64,000 nt of DNA from a virus, in IMG/VR virus record IMGVR_UViG_3300021469_000002, positions 15,772 to 79,771 of that record. One strand, given 5' to 3'. Of this stretch, positions 1-10,097 are shown one piece after another (positions within the stretch are counted from its first letter, which is position 1; the number at the start of each line of letters is the position of its first letter). Under the pieces are notes generated by a model. That model searched no databases and was not told the DNA's origin. It worked only from the letters and a program-made list of their open reading frames with translations. A program made the position numbers and the translations under genes.

Positions 1-27
1 ATACTATTATTTGGCATAAATATAAAA

Positions 28-1122
28 TTGATTGATATGTTAAATAAAATTCAAAAAAAAATAAATGCAGACTATCCACCAACACACACTTTTTTAGCCA
101 AAACTTTAGAACCTACAAATATTTTGAAACAAAGAATAGAAATAATAAATAAACATTTTCCTGATTTTTTTAAAGGAGAAAGATTACTTGATATAGGTTG
201 TAGTAAAGGTTATTTTTCTTTAAGTTATGCGAAGAATTTTAAAGAAATTATTGGAATAGATAATAATAAAGAATTTATTAAAATTTGCCAAGAATTAAAA
301 CAATATCATAAAATTAATAATGTTGAATTTATACATGCTTCTTTTAGAAATTTTGCTACTGATAAACAATTTGATAAAATTTTTTTAGGTAATACGCATC
401 ATCATTTATTTAAAGAAATAAATGGGCATGAATGGATAGATAAATTGGCAGCTATAAGCAATGGTTATGTTTTAATAGAAGGTCCCTATAATACAGCATG
501 CCCAGATACAAGAAATTTTCCAAAAAAATTTAATGATTTTATGGGAAAAATGTCGGATCATTTTATACTTTTGGATATGATTCCTACAGTTTCATATACA
601 CCTGATAGACATTTCATATTATGGAAAAGAAGAGAATTAAAAATGGAAGAAGGAAAAAGATATATCAAGAAATATTTTAAATATGATAAATATACGGATA
701 ATAATAAAATTGATATATTTATTGCTTCTACTTCTCCTATAAGTAATGGTTTAGTTACTTTTACTGAAGATGGTTGGATAGAAGAATTTGTTGATTCTCC
801 AATTTATCATTATTTTGAAAACGAAAAAGAATTATTTAAATTACATTGCATACATCAAATTTATTTGTCTAAATTGGGTTATTGGGATATGGACTCTGCT
901 ACAATAAATTTTTTCAAAATAAACAACAAATTATTTGATAAATCTGCTGTAATGCCAATAAGAAAAATTAAAAAAATACACATCGATGGATATTTTAAAT
1001 TATTAAATCAAAGTTATAAAACTATAAGCAAAGAAATACAAGAAAAGATAAAAGAAGCAATAAAAACTAAAAATCCAAAAGAATTTGAAAAGGTGTATGA
1101 ATGGGTGAAATCAAAATTATAA
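28..1122 (+). CDS. Class I SAM methyltransferase fused to a C-terminal kinase-like domain (WbdD-like architecture)
   Basis: SAM motif LLDIGCSKG; C-terminal GWIEEF, LGYWDMDSATINF (DxxxxN) and LFD resemble kinase-fold motifs. Confidence 0.65.
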   Translation: MIDMLNKIQKKINADYPPTHTFLAKTLEPTNILKQRIEIINKHFPDFFKGERLLDIGCSKGYFSLSYAKNFKEIIGIDNNKEFIKICQELKQYHKINNVEFIHASFRNFATDKQFDKIFLGNTHHHLFKEINGHEWIDKLAAISNGYVLIEGPYNTACPDTRNFPKKFNDFMGKMSDHFILLDMIPTVSYTPDRHFILWKRRELKMEEGKRYIKKYFKYDKYTDNNKIDIFIASTSPISNGLVTFTEDGWIEEFVDSPIYHYFENEKELFKLHCIHQIYLSKLGYWDMDSATINFFKINNKLFDKSAVMPIRKIKKIHIDGYFKLLNQSYKTISKEIQEKIKEAIKTKNPKEFEKVYEWVKSKL

Positions 1123-2123
1123 AAGATAAATGGTCGCCGTGGAATGAAACAGGCGGAGATCCAACACTTATAGATGTGTGGGATAATCCAAACAGACCAT
1201 GGCCAAGTATAGTATATGTTGAAACCACTAATTATTGTAATGCAATGTGTGCTCCTTGCTTAAATCACAGATGTAAAAGAATAAGAGGAATAATGAGTTT
1301 GGAAACTTTTAAAGAAATAGCTCATAAAATAAAGAAGAGAGGAGTAAAAATTGGAGCAATGTTTTGTTTTGGTGAACCTCTTATAGATCCTACTCTTTTT
1401 CAAAAATATGCTTATGCAAAAAAATTGGGCATTTTAACTCCTGGTCATGTTGGTTTAAATACTAATGTTTCTCTTTTAACTCCTGAAAAATATGATGAAA
1501 TTTTGGAATATACTCCTAATATAATTCTCTCTTTTTTTAATGTTGGAAAAAAATACGAAGCATTAACCGGAGGATTAAGTTGGGAAAGGAGTTATAAAAG
1601 AGCTATAGATTTTATAAAATATAGAGATAAACATAAACCAGAGTATCCTATATTTATTAGCGTAAATACTGTTAGAGGACATGATTTAGCAGCAGTTAAA
1701 AAGGCATTTGAAGGTTATAGAGTACTTTATGTCCAAGATGCAGAATTGCGTTGGGCAGGAAGTGTTATGATTATTTCTGATAGATTAAAAATGTATCATC
1801 ATTGGCGTTGTGATGGTTATAAAGGAGCATTACAAATTAAATTTAACGGTAATTGCGAATTTTGTGCATATGATATTGTTGGAACAGATGAGGGAGTCGG
1901 AGAAACTTTATTTGGAAATATTTTAGAAGATTCTTGGGATGAATTAGATAGAAAATTTAGAGAGCTTTGGCGTAAACCTTGTTCCTTATGTTTAAGATGT
2001 GATATGTGGTATCATTGTAAAACTATAATGGCTAATGGATTTAAAGATCCTGATCCATTACCTGAAGATTGGTTTGATTGGCAAAAACCATTCTTAAAAC
2101 CAGGAGAATCGTTTTACAAGTGA
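1101..2123 (+). CDS. Radical SAM/SPASM-twitch domain protein
   Basis: CNAMCAPC (CxxxCxxC), GEP motif, C-terminal CEFC...GNILEDSW...CxxC. Confidence 0.9.
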   Translation: MGEIKIIKDKWSPWNETGGDPTLIDVWDNPNRPWPSIVYVETTNYCNAMCAPCLNHRCKRIRGIMSLETFKEIAHKIKKRGVKIGAMFCFGEPLIDPTLFQKYAYAKKLGILTPGHVGLNTNVSLLTPEKYDEILEYTPNIILSFFNVGKKYEALTGGLSWERSYKRAIDFIKYRDKHKPEYPIFISVNTVRGHDLAAVKKAFEGYRVLYVQDAELRWAGSVMIISDRLKMYHHWRCDGYKGALQIKFNGNCEFCAYDIVGTDEGVGETLFGNILEDSWDELDRKFRELWRKPCSLCLRCDMWYHCKTIMANGFKDPDPLPEDWFDWQKPFLKPGESFYK

Positions 2124-2128
2124 GAAAA

Positions 2129-2884
2129 ATGAAATATAATATTTCGGTTGTAGTGCCGGTTTATAATACTAAAGCAAAATATTTAGAGCAGTGTCTATTT
2201 AGTATTTTCGGTCAAACATATCAACCCTATGAAGTAATTATAGTAAATGATGGTTCTACTAGAAAAGAAACATTAAATGTTCTTAAGATGATAGAAGAAC
2301 AAAATCTTAAGAATGTAAAAATAATTCATCAAGAAAATAAAAAAATTAGTGGTGCATTAAATACTGGTATAAGAAATATGAAAGGTAATTGGTGGGCTGG
2401 TTGTGCATCTGATGATTTATGGTTTCCTAATAAATTAGAAGAGCAAGTAAAATTCGCAAAAAAACATCCTGAGGCAAGAGTAATATATGCTAATTGGGTT
2501 ATGATCGATGAAAATGGTTTTTTTATAAGACAAGTTAATGAAGTTGAATTTTTTAGTCTAAGAGATCAACAACTTTATTTATGCCAAGCTTATTTTGCTA
2601 CTTGGAGTAATATGCTAGTTCATAAAGAAGTATTTAAAAAAATTGGTTTATTTAATGAAGCTTTTCCAACATCTGAAGATTATGAAATGAATATTAGAAT
2701 AGCTCAGTATTACTTATTTTACAAAGTTCCAAAAAATTTAATGATGTATAGAGTTCATCCTGAGCAATTATCAGAAAGTGAATGGGGATGGAAAGGCGAG
2801 AAAGGAAAAGAATATACAATTAGAGCTCAAAAGCTTGCCAAACAGCTTTTTTGGAAAAGTAAACATGGTGATGGTAATGAATGA
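2129..2884 (+). CDS. Family 2 glycosyltransferase
   Basis: ISVVVPVYN, VNDGS, ALNTGI, SDD, EDYE motifs; start placed at MKYNISV within ORF 2078..2884. Confidence 0.9.
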   Translation: MKYNISVVVPVYNTKAKYLEQCLFSIFGQTYQPYEVIIVNDGSTRKETLNVLKMIEEQNLKNVKIIHQENKKISGALNTGIRNMKGNWWAGCASDDLWFPNKLEEQVKFAKKHPEARVIYANWVMIDENGFFIRQVNEVEFFSLRDQQLYLCQAYFATWSNMLVHKEVFKKIGLFNEAFPTSEDYEMNIRIAQYYLFYKVPKNLMMYRVHPEQLSESEWGWKGEKGKEYTIRAQKLAKQLFWKSKHGDGNE

Positions 2885-3593
2885 GTTAACAATTGGATTA
2901 CCTTTGTATAATAATATGCCTACTCAAAGTTTTCTTTCTATTTTAAAAATGCTTCATCATTTTGACTTTAAATATAACATAATATACACATCAAATTATC
3001 CTATGGGAACTGCAAGGAACACAATAGTAGAAAGGTTTTTAAAGAGAGATAGTAATTATTTACTTTTTCTGGATTCTGATCAAATATTTAAACCTGAAAA
3101 TCTTTTTCAAAGATTAAAAAATTTAAATGCTGATATAGCTGCTGGTATCTCATTTAAAAAAGCCTATCCATATTATCCGACTATTTATAAAGATTATGAT
3201 GGAGAACGTTTTCAGCCCATAACTAATTATCCCAGAAACAAAATTATAGAAGTTGATGCTGTTGGAATGTTCTGCACTTTAATTAAAAGAAAAGTATTTG
3301 AAGTTATGAAGTCGCCATGGTTTGAATTTAAAAGAACTAAAGACAAAGGAGAATTAATAGGAGAAGATTTAGTGTTCTGCAGAAAGGCGAAACAACTTGG
3401 ATTTGTGATAAAAGTCGATACCAGTTTGATAATTCCTCATGTTGGAGGAATTATTGATGATAGAGCTTTTCAACATACTAGATTGACTCTAAATATACTT
3501 CATAATAAAAAAAACGAGGTTATAGAAAAATTTGTAGCTGAATTAACTAAAAAAGATATAGAAAGGATGGTTGATATAAGTGAAGAATTTTGA
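2866..3593 (+). CDS. GT-A fold glycosyltransferase (viral GT2-like)
   Basis: ARN...LLFLDSD...GMFCTLI...PWF...GEDLVFC; exact start uncertain (ORF 2778..3593). Confidence 0.8.
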
Positions 3594-3602
3594 GGTGGTA
3601 TT

Positions 3603-3860
3603 ATGGATTTATTAAAAAGAATCATGAATGCAACAAATAAAATAAAAGAAGATCCATATGCAAAAATAACAGGAATAGTATTAAACCATAAAGATTTACG
3701 AGAAGCAAAAAATATACCACATATAACTACAACAATAGGATATCCTATAGCTATATTTGGCATAGATTTATATTTATGTCCTAAAGTTACAAAATCTATT
3801 ATATTATACAAACTCATAGATCAAAATAAAGTTTTGGCTTGTGTTTGTAAAGAATTATAA
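3603..3860 (+). CDS. Hypothetical protein
   Basis: ORF preceded by GAGGTGG RBS, in operon. Confidence 0.6.
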   Translation: MDLLKRIMNATNKIKEDPYAKITGIVLNHKDLREAKNIPHITTTIGYPIAIFGIDLYLCPKVTKSIILYKLIDQNKVLACVCKEL

Positions 3861-3871
3861 GGAAGGATTTT

Positions 3872-4903
3872 ATGACATTGTTTGTTACTTGGGCAAAACA
3901 ACCAGAAGTAGTAGGTGGTTGTGAATCAATCTTTCAAGATTTAGCTCAAAATTTAAAAGGAAAATTGGTTACTTATCCTTACGGAGATATGTTAATAAGT
4001 TTTCCTGATATGCCCACTAATTTAGAATTTATGGAAGAATATAAATCTTGGGCGTTTGATGAATATATTGAAAGATATCTCATAGACTATCCTAATACAA
4101 CAATAGTTGCTAATTGCGGTTCAATTAATATATGGAGAAAACATAAAACAAAAATAATCAATATTTTTAACGATCCTTATAAAAAAGCACAAGAAGTAAT
4201 GTTAAAAGAAGGAAGTATATCTCTTTATGTTCCCAAACTTGTTAATAAACTAACTGAATTACAAAAGAAAGCAGCAAAAAATGCAATTAATATTGCCGTG
4301 AGCAAGATAGCAAAAGAAGGTATGGAGGATATAGGAATTAAATGTGATGGCATAATAGAGCATGGTGTTAATAGTAATTTCTTTAAACCTTTAAATAAAG
4401 ATGATTTAAGAGAAAAATATAATGTCAATTCAAAAAAAATTGGAGTATTTGTTGGTTTGGTTCATCCAATTAAAAATTGGCAATGTATGGAATATTTAAT
4501 GAGTACAAGAAAAGATATTACTTGGATCCTTGTATTAAAAGAATTATACAGAGGAATAAACATTTATTTTAATAATGCTCATATATTTGTTAGAATACCA
4601 AGAGATATGATGATTGAAATATATAATATGGCCGATTTTATTTTTGTTCCTTCGTTTTTTGAATCTTTTGGTTTAGTATCAATAGAGGGTGGGTTGTGTA
4701 ATATTCCTATTGTAACTTCTAAAACAGGGTGGGTAGATGATGAAGGAATAACCGATTATGGTATTGTTGTAAAAGGATTCAAAGCAAAAGATTTTTCAAG
4801 AGCAATTGATGATGTTTTTGAATATGATTTTTCCCCAAGAAAATATATGAAAAAAAGATTTAATTTTAAAAATTGGATACAAAAATGGAAAAAACTTATT
4901 TAA
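3872..4903 (+). CDS. Family 4 (GT-B) glycosyltransferase
   Basis: GGCE, HGVNSNFFKP, PSFFESFGLVSIEG (Ex7E). Confidence 0.9.
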   Translation: MTLFVTWAKQPEVVGGCESIFQDLAQNLKGKLVTYPYGDMLISFPDMPTNLEFMEEYKSWAFDEYIERYLIDYPNTTIVANCGSINIWRKHKTKIINIFNDPYKKAQEVMLKEGSISLYVPKLVNKLTELQKKAAKNAINIAVSKIAKEGMEDIGIKCDGIIEHGVNSNFFKPLNKDDLREKYNVNSKKIGVFVGLVHPIKNWQCMEYLMSTRKDITWILVLKELYRGINIYFNNAHIFVRIPRDMMIEIYNMADFIFVPSFFESFGLVSIEGGLCNIPIVTSKTGWVDDEGITDYGIVVKGFKAKDFSRAIDDVFEYDFSPRKYMKKRFNFKNWIQKWKKLI

Positions 4904-5537
4904 TTAATTTTTTTACTGTGTTCCAATTGTATCTAATAATTTTGCATTTTCTTTTTTCTTTAAGTTTTGCTTTAATAAATTCAATAGTTTTTTTATCTCC
5001 TGGGCTTCCTGATCCAAAATCTCCATACTGTTTTTTTAATTTTTCATATTCAAGAATTGATAAATGTTTTGCTAATATGCTTGCACAGCCTACAGCTATG
5101 TCCCTACTTTCATTATTATGATCAATAATCCATTTATTCCAATCAAATTTAAAGCCAAGTTTTTCTGCTCTCCAAATAAATTTTTCTCTATTTCTATCAA
5201 AATTGTTTATTTGAATTTCTTGAACATCCCATTTTTTAATAAAATTCTTTGCAAGAGTACAATAAGCATTGCATTCCATATCGTTTAAATTATATTCGTT
5301 TGTTGATTTGCTAATTTCTTCTGCTGTAATATATATACTATTCCATTCAACAAATTTTGGAATTAATTTAGCGAGTTCGTGTATCTGTTTATAAGTAAGA
5401 AGTTTACTATCCTTAACACCTAATCTTTTTAAACATTCAAGAAATCTTTTTTCTACTAATACTCCTACACAAACTAAACTTCCGATTACTGGGCAACGTG
5501 TAACATCATCTATTCCAACTATTAAATACTTCACCAC
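4896..5537 (-). CDS. rnhB: Archaeal-type ribonuclease HII (divergent active site)
   Basis: GID..R.PVIG, GVKDSK, ASILAK, YGDFGSG motifs. Confidence 0.85.
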   Translation of the reverse strand: MVKYLIVGIDDVTRCPVIGSLVCVGVLVEKRFLECLKRLGVKDSKLLTYKQIHELAKLIPKFVEWNSIYITAEEISKSTNEYNLNDMECNAYCTLAKNFIKKWDVQEIQINNFDRNREKFIWRAEKLGFKFDWNKWIIDHNNESRDIAVGCASILAKHLSILEYEKLKKQYGDFGSGSPGDKKTIEFIKAKLKEKRKCKIIRYNWNTVKKLIK

Positions 5538-5653
5538 ATACCACCAAATAATTCAATTCCTAAACAATCCCAAAAAAAGCCAATATATGCTTGGCAATTG
5601 GGACAATACTCTTCCCCTATTTCAATTTCTGCACCACATTCTGGACATCTCAT
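5531..5653 (-). CDS. Small zinc-ribbon protein (40 aa, not in ORF track)
   Basis: MRCPECGAEIEIGEEYCPNCQ; stop overlaps the rnhB start region. Confidence 0.65.
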   Translation of the reverse strand: MRCPECGAEIEIGEEYCPNCQAYIGFFWDCLGIELFGGMW

Positions 5654-5656
5654 AAA

Positions 5657-5953
5657 TCATCTCCTATTAAATATTAAAGTTTTTATTAAAAAAATTAACA
5701 TTAATATAAAATAAATAACTTCAATTAATGTTACTATGGTTTCTTCCATAAAATAATTCCATTCTAAAGGTCTATAAGTTAATACCCAACCGAGTTTTTC
5801 ATTTTTAAAACCAAAAAAACATATATCATAAATTGGTACTTTAAGATATAAACTAACCATTATATGCATAAGTTCGTGTAGAATAGAAGTTGATATAAAA
5901 AGATAAAAAAATATTAAAAATATTAAAATTTTGATATTTTTCTTTTCATTCAT
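5657..5953 (-). CDS. Small membrane protein with HExxH (M50-like zinc metallopeptidase motif)
   Basis: Two hydrophobic segments; ILHELMH. Confidence 0.55.
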   Translation of the reverse strand: MNEKKNIKILIFLIFFYLFISTSILHELMHIMVSLYLKVPIYDICFFGFKNEKLGWVLTYRPLEWNYFMEETIVTLIEVIYFILMLIFLIKTLIFNRR

Positions 5954-5986
5954 CTAATTACCTCATTATCAATTCTTTTGTTTAAG

Positions 5987-6352
5987 TTATCCTAAGTTCT
6001 CCAAATTTAAATCTTTGATAACAGATTTAATTAAAAATTCTAGATTTTTACAATTATGATTTTTCAGTGCTTCTTTTAATTGAAGCATCTTCGCATAAAC
6101 TTCTCTTTTATAATCAAAAAAGGCATCTAGCATTAAATGGATAATTCTTGCTGTATTATAATTACATTCACCAGCTATATTTAAATTATTGGCTTGTAAT
6201 TCAATTATCCATTTATCTCTTTTTGTTGGTTTTTTTTGTCCTATTGTGTATATAGTTCCAAAATCTTTCAAATCAGGATGCCATATAAAAGTGCCTTTTT
6301 TGAAGTCTTTTTCCTTTAATCCTATCGTCAAAGTAAAATCTTTATATTTCAT
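5987..6352 (-). CDS. Hypothetical protein
   Basis: ORF with GGAGG RBS in minus-strand operon. Confidence 0.6.
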   Translation of the reverse strand: MKYKDFTLTIGLKEKDFKKGTFIWHPDLKDFGTIYTIGQKKPTKRDKWIIELQANNLNIAGECNYNTARIIHLMLDAFFDYKREVYAKMLQLKEALKNHNCKNLEFLIKSVIKDLNLENLG

Positions 6353-6371
6353 TTTTTAACCTCCTATAAAT

Positions 6372-6749
6372 TTATTTTATTTCCTTATTTTCCTTAAAAT
6401 ATATATCATAACCTTCTGGTTCAAAACAAGGTGCTAATGCAAAATAAATTTTATCATCATTTCCTTCACATTCTATGATAAGTGGCGCTTCTTTACTTGG
6501 TAAATAAATTTTAAAATTTTTATCTAAAAAATTAGCAACCTTTAATAATTTATTAAATATTTTTAGATCATAACCCCAAGTTTTTGCACATATTATCCTG
6601 TTTTTTGTTTTTAATAATTGATATTCTTTAATTTTAGTATATTCAATATTATTTTTTTTCAGAAGTTTAATATATTTTTTAAATCTTTTTTCCTTTAAAA
6701 AAATTCCCAAAATTGCATTTTTATTAGTCCAAAATTCTAATTTTAACAT
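6372..6749 (-). CDS. Hypothetical protein
   Basis: ORF coupled to upstream gene. Confidence 0.55.
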   Translation of the reverse strand: MLKLEFWTNKNAILGIFLKEKRFKKYIKLLKKNNIEYTKIKEYQLLKTKNRIICAKTWGYDLKIFNKLLKVANFLDKNFKIYLPSKEAPLIIECEGNDDKIYFALAPCFEPEGYDIYFKENKEIK

Positions 6750-7093
6750 TATATCACCTTATTTTTTTCAATTAATATCATTTCCAATTCCCATACTGAA
6801 CCATCTTTTTTTATTCTATATCCCCAGACAATTCCATCGTCTGCATAAAATATTATATCTTGCGGTTCCAAAAATGGTGCTATAAATTTCACAAATTCAT
6901 CCTCATAATACCACTTTTGATAATAATCGTCCCATTCAATATAGCCATTGGATATTTTCATATCTTCAAGAAAATACCCTACAAAATCTGGGGCATTTTC
7001 TTGTTTTAATAATTTTTTAACTGCTTCTTTCAATTCTTTTTCTTTTCCTTTTTTAATTTTTCCACTTAATTCCATTAAAGAATACATTCCCAT
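6749..7093 (-). CDS. Hypothetical protein
   Basis: ORF with GAGGTGA RBS. Confidence 0.6.
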   Translation of the reverse strand: MGMYSLMELSGKIKKGKEKELKEAVKKLLKQENAPDFVGYFLEDMKISNGYIEWDDYYQKWYYEDEFVKFIAPFLEPQDIIFYADDGIVWGYRIKKDGSVWELEMILIEKNKVI

Positions 7094-7240
7094 ATAATCA
7101 CCTCTATCATTTTAAATATCTTAAAATTAATTCACTTACTAATACTGCTATTTCCTCTTGTTTGAAATTTGCTAAATCGATTAATGTTTCTATTATATTA
7201 AGCAAATTTTCCACATTAGTATTTTTATCAATTTCCATTG

Positions 7241-7531
7241 TTATACCTTTAATTTTTTTAATATTTTTTCTGCAAAACTTTTTGCTTCTTTTAAATATAT
7301 AAACTCTTTTGTTTTATAATCCATACCATCAATCCATAAAACTCTCCAATAATAATTTTTACCTGCCATTTTGCCTAATTTATATACTCCTCTTATTGAA
7401 GTTATTTTTATAATATGAATCCATTTAATATTGTTTTCAATTAATGCATATACTTTTGGTTTTATGAAAGGACTATTTCCAATTGTTGCAACAATTGGTA
7501 AATGACTAACATCAGTTTTTATCCACTTCAT
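7241..7531 (-). CDS. Hypothetical protein
   Basis: ORF in operon. Confidence 0.5.
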   Translation of the reverse strand: MKWIKTDVSHLPIVATIGNSPFIKPKVYALIENNIKWIHIIKITSIRGVYKLGKMAGKNYYWRVLWIDGMDYKTKEFIYLKEAKSFAEKILKKLKV

Positions 7532-7784
7532 TATTCACCTCTTCAACTTTAATATTAAAATAACCATCCTCATTTAACATTTTTTTAAACCAATCAATTG
7601 CTTTTTCTAATCCATTATAACCAAAGCCACTACTACTACTAACAATTATTTGTGCACCTAACATATCGGCATCTGTTGAAATTTGCCAAGTTTTTTGTTT
7701 TTTATTTATTTCAACAAACAAATGAACAAGTTTTTCATTTCTTTTTCTATCAAACCTGATTAAGTTTGTTTGACTCATATTCAA
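7512..7784 (-). CDS. Hypothetical protein
   Basis: ORF in operon. Confidence 0.5.
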   Translation of the reverse strand: MNMSQTNLIRFDRKRNEKLVHLFVEINKKQKTWQISTDADMLGAQIIVSSSSGFGYNGLEKAIDWFKKMLNEDGYFNIKVEEVNNEVDKN

Positions 7785-8949
7785 TCACCATAGGGTATAA
7801 TGAAACTAAAAAATTTCTTTCTCTTGTATCAACCTTATAAATTTCACCCAAATTTAACCATTCTCTAATTCTTCTTTCTGCTGTTCTTTCTGTTTGAACA
7901 TAACCTTTTCTAATTAGCCATCTTTTTAGTTCAACCGTTGTTTTTGCTTTTCTTCCCAAAAATTCATATAACATTGCTTGGATTGGAGATTTCATTTGTT
8001 GTAATTCCTCAAGTAATTCCTTTTTCCAATTTAAACCCAATTCTTTAGCAAATCTATAAGTTTGAAATGCTTTTTGTTGTGTTCTCAAATTAAAATTATT
8101 ATATCCACAAAATACATAGTTTTTGATTAAAAATTCCGTAACTTCTTTTTCTTCTTTTGTTCTGGCTATTTGCCTCATTATGTTTGCTAAATCATCATAA
8201 TCCAAAGTTAATTCTATAAATTCTCCTCTACTTAATAATGCTTCAAAATCGTCTTTAAATGCTACTTCCTGAAGATTATTATAATCAAATATGATTTTAC
8301 CTGTGAATATAAATTCTCTTGGCAAATCTTTTTGATATTTGCTATAATTATGTTGTGTTAATAAACGATCTTCTGGATCTGTTTCACACGCATTTTTTAA
8401 ATTACTTATACTTGTTAAATTTCTTAATAATCTCAAAACATCTTTAAACCAAATTGTTTTGCCATTGTTCTCATAAAGTAATCTATAAAAATATGCATCT
8501 GAAACCATTCCTGCAACAGAAACATAATCAACATTAAATTTATTAAGAGCCAATTTGATATGAAAACTTTTTCCTATTCCTGCTTTTCCCTTGATAAAAA
8601 CTAAATTTGTATACCCCAAAGCTAATTTTTGAATTGCCCTATAAATTGGTTTATAATAATTTAATATTTCTGTCGTTTGTCGCTTATTTTGTCGCTTAAA
8701 TTGTTCCTTAATAAATTCTTGTTGTTCTTTGTGAAATTCTTCAAGATATTTTTTAGACAACTTACCATTATTATCAAAAATTCCTAATTCTTTTAATTTC
8801 TCAATAATTATATTTTTGTTTTCTTTGTAACTTAAGGATCTATCTATATGTGCCTCTAAATCAAATGTTTGTATATCTTTATTTGCTTCTTTAAATTTTT
8901 TCTCTACAAATTTTTTTAACAATTTAATTTGGAATTTTGTAAGAGTCAT
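7750..8949 (-). CDS. P-loop (AAA+-like) ATPase with probable C-terminal winged helix
   Basis: Walker A GKAGIGKS, ALLSRG arginine-finger-like motif, C-terminal RTAERRIREW. Confidence 0.75.
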   Translation of the reverse strand: MTLTKFQIKLLKKFVEKKFKEANKDIQTFDLEAHIDRSLSYKENKNIIIEKLKELGIFDNNGKLSKKYLEEFHKEQQEFIKEQFKRQNKRQTTEILNYYKPIYRAIQKLALGYTNLVFIKGKAGIGKSFHIKLALNKFNVDYVSVAGMVSDAYFYRLLYENNGKTIWFKDVLRLLRNLTSISNLKNACETDPEDRLLTQHNYSKYQKDLPREFIFTGKIIFDYNNLQEVAFKDDFEALLSRGEFIELTLDYDDLANIMRQIARTKEEKEVTEFLIKNYVFCGYNNFNLRTQQKAFQTYRFAKELGLNWKKELLEELQQMKSPIQAMLYEFLGRKAKTTVELKRWLIRKGYVQTERTAERRIREWLNLGEIYKVDTRERNFLVSLYPMVIEYESNKLNQV

Positions 8950-9013
8950 TTTTTACACTCCTATATATTTTTTCCTTAATTTAACCTATCCTTTCGTAAA
9001 CCTTTACGGTTTT

Positions 9014-9865
9014 TTAAATAAATCTTACAAATTTGGGAAATCTCATTTTGTTATTTTTACTTAACTCTTGAAAAGATACCTCTACATATTGTGGTTTATG
9101 TTTATAAAAATAATCTATATCTTTTTGGTTTGGAACACTTATTCTTCCCAATTTTGTAATAAGATTTAAAACCCTTACATTTACACTTTTATTTTTTTGT
9201 GGACGGGATTTAGATTTAGTATCATAACCAATAATTTCTAATGTTTCAGTAAATTCTTTTTTACATTTTAACCAATAATTACTCCTTTTTTGAATATATG
9301 GGCTATCTATTCTTTTTGCTACTATTCCCTCAAATCCTTTATTAATTAAATCCTCAAAAATCTTAAGAGGATTACCCACAAACACATCAATTATTTTAAT
9401 TAAATTATTTTTCTTAATTAATTCAGTTTCTAAAATATGCCTCCTCTCTATATATGGTAAATGAGTTAAATCATTATTATTAAGATATAAAATATCAAAC
9501 ACAATATATTTCACAGGGATTGTTTTACTTGCTAATTTACATTTTAATGGATTCATTAAATGTGTTCTACTTAATAAAGAAGGAAAATCCTTACTAATCA
9601 TTTCTCCATCAAGAATAATATTTCTTATTGCATTATTGAATATTTTTTTTAATTTTTTAATATTAAATTCAGGAAATTGATAATTAGGAACAATTTCAAA
9701 TAAATTGGTTTGGGAATTTCTTCTTTTAATAACTAAAGAATCGTTTAAAAGATCTATAATAAATAAATTTCTTGAGCCATCCTGTTTTGGCTCTATAGCA
9801 TAACCAACTAATTTATTTAAATCCTCTTTTTTAATTCTATTAGCCAACATAGGTTTTTCAATCAT
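9014..9865 (-). CDS. Minimal ATP-dependent DNA ligase
   Basis: EPKQDGSR (motif I), LDGEM, FDIL, EGIVAK, WLKCK, MRFP. Confidence 0.92.
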   Translation of the reverse strand: MIEKPMLANRIKKEDLNKLVGYAIEPKQDGSRNLFIIDLLNDSLVIKRRNSQTNLFEIVPNYQFPEFNIKKLKKIFNNAIRNIILDGEMISKDFPSLLSRTHLMNPLKCKLASKTIPVKYIVFDILYLNNNDLTHLPYIERRHILETELIKKNNLIKIIDVFVGNPLKIFEDLINKGFEGIVAKRIDSPYIQKRSNYWLKCKKEFTETLEIIGYDTKSKSRPQKNKSVNVRVLNLITKLGRISVPNQKDIDYFYKHKPQYVEVSFQELSKNNKMRFPKFVRFI

Positions 9866-10038
9866 TTATTAACTCCTCTTTGATTTTTTTTGAAATTTCT
9901 TTCCCTTTTAAATCTTCAATTATTTCTATTACATCCTCTAAAGTTAGGGCTATATGATCCTTTAATTCTTCTGCCGTGAAATCAATAAGTTTATTTTTTC
10001 TATCTAATATTATTTTCATATTTCACCTCTATTTTTAG

Positions 10039-10094
10039 TTAAGAACGGATGTAGGGCTATGTGAGGGGCTTCTGTAATCCAAATCCGTTCTTAA
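10039..10094. repeat. Perfect 12-bp inverted repeat with 32-nt loop
   Basis: TTAAGAACGGAT (10039-10050) / ATCCGTTCTTAA (10083-10094). Confidence 0.85.
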
Positions 10095-10097
10095 TTT

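Noticed and set aside
3500-3817. Short antisense ORFs in the track (also e.g. 24160..24417, 33512..33898, 40955..41305, 58883..59278)
   Set aside because: They overlap better-supported genes on the opposite strand and lack RBS or motifs
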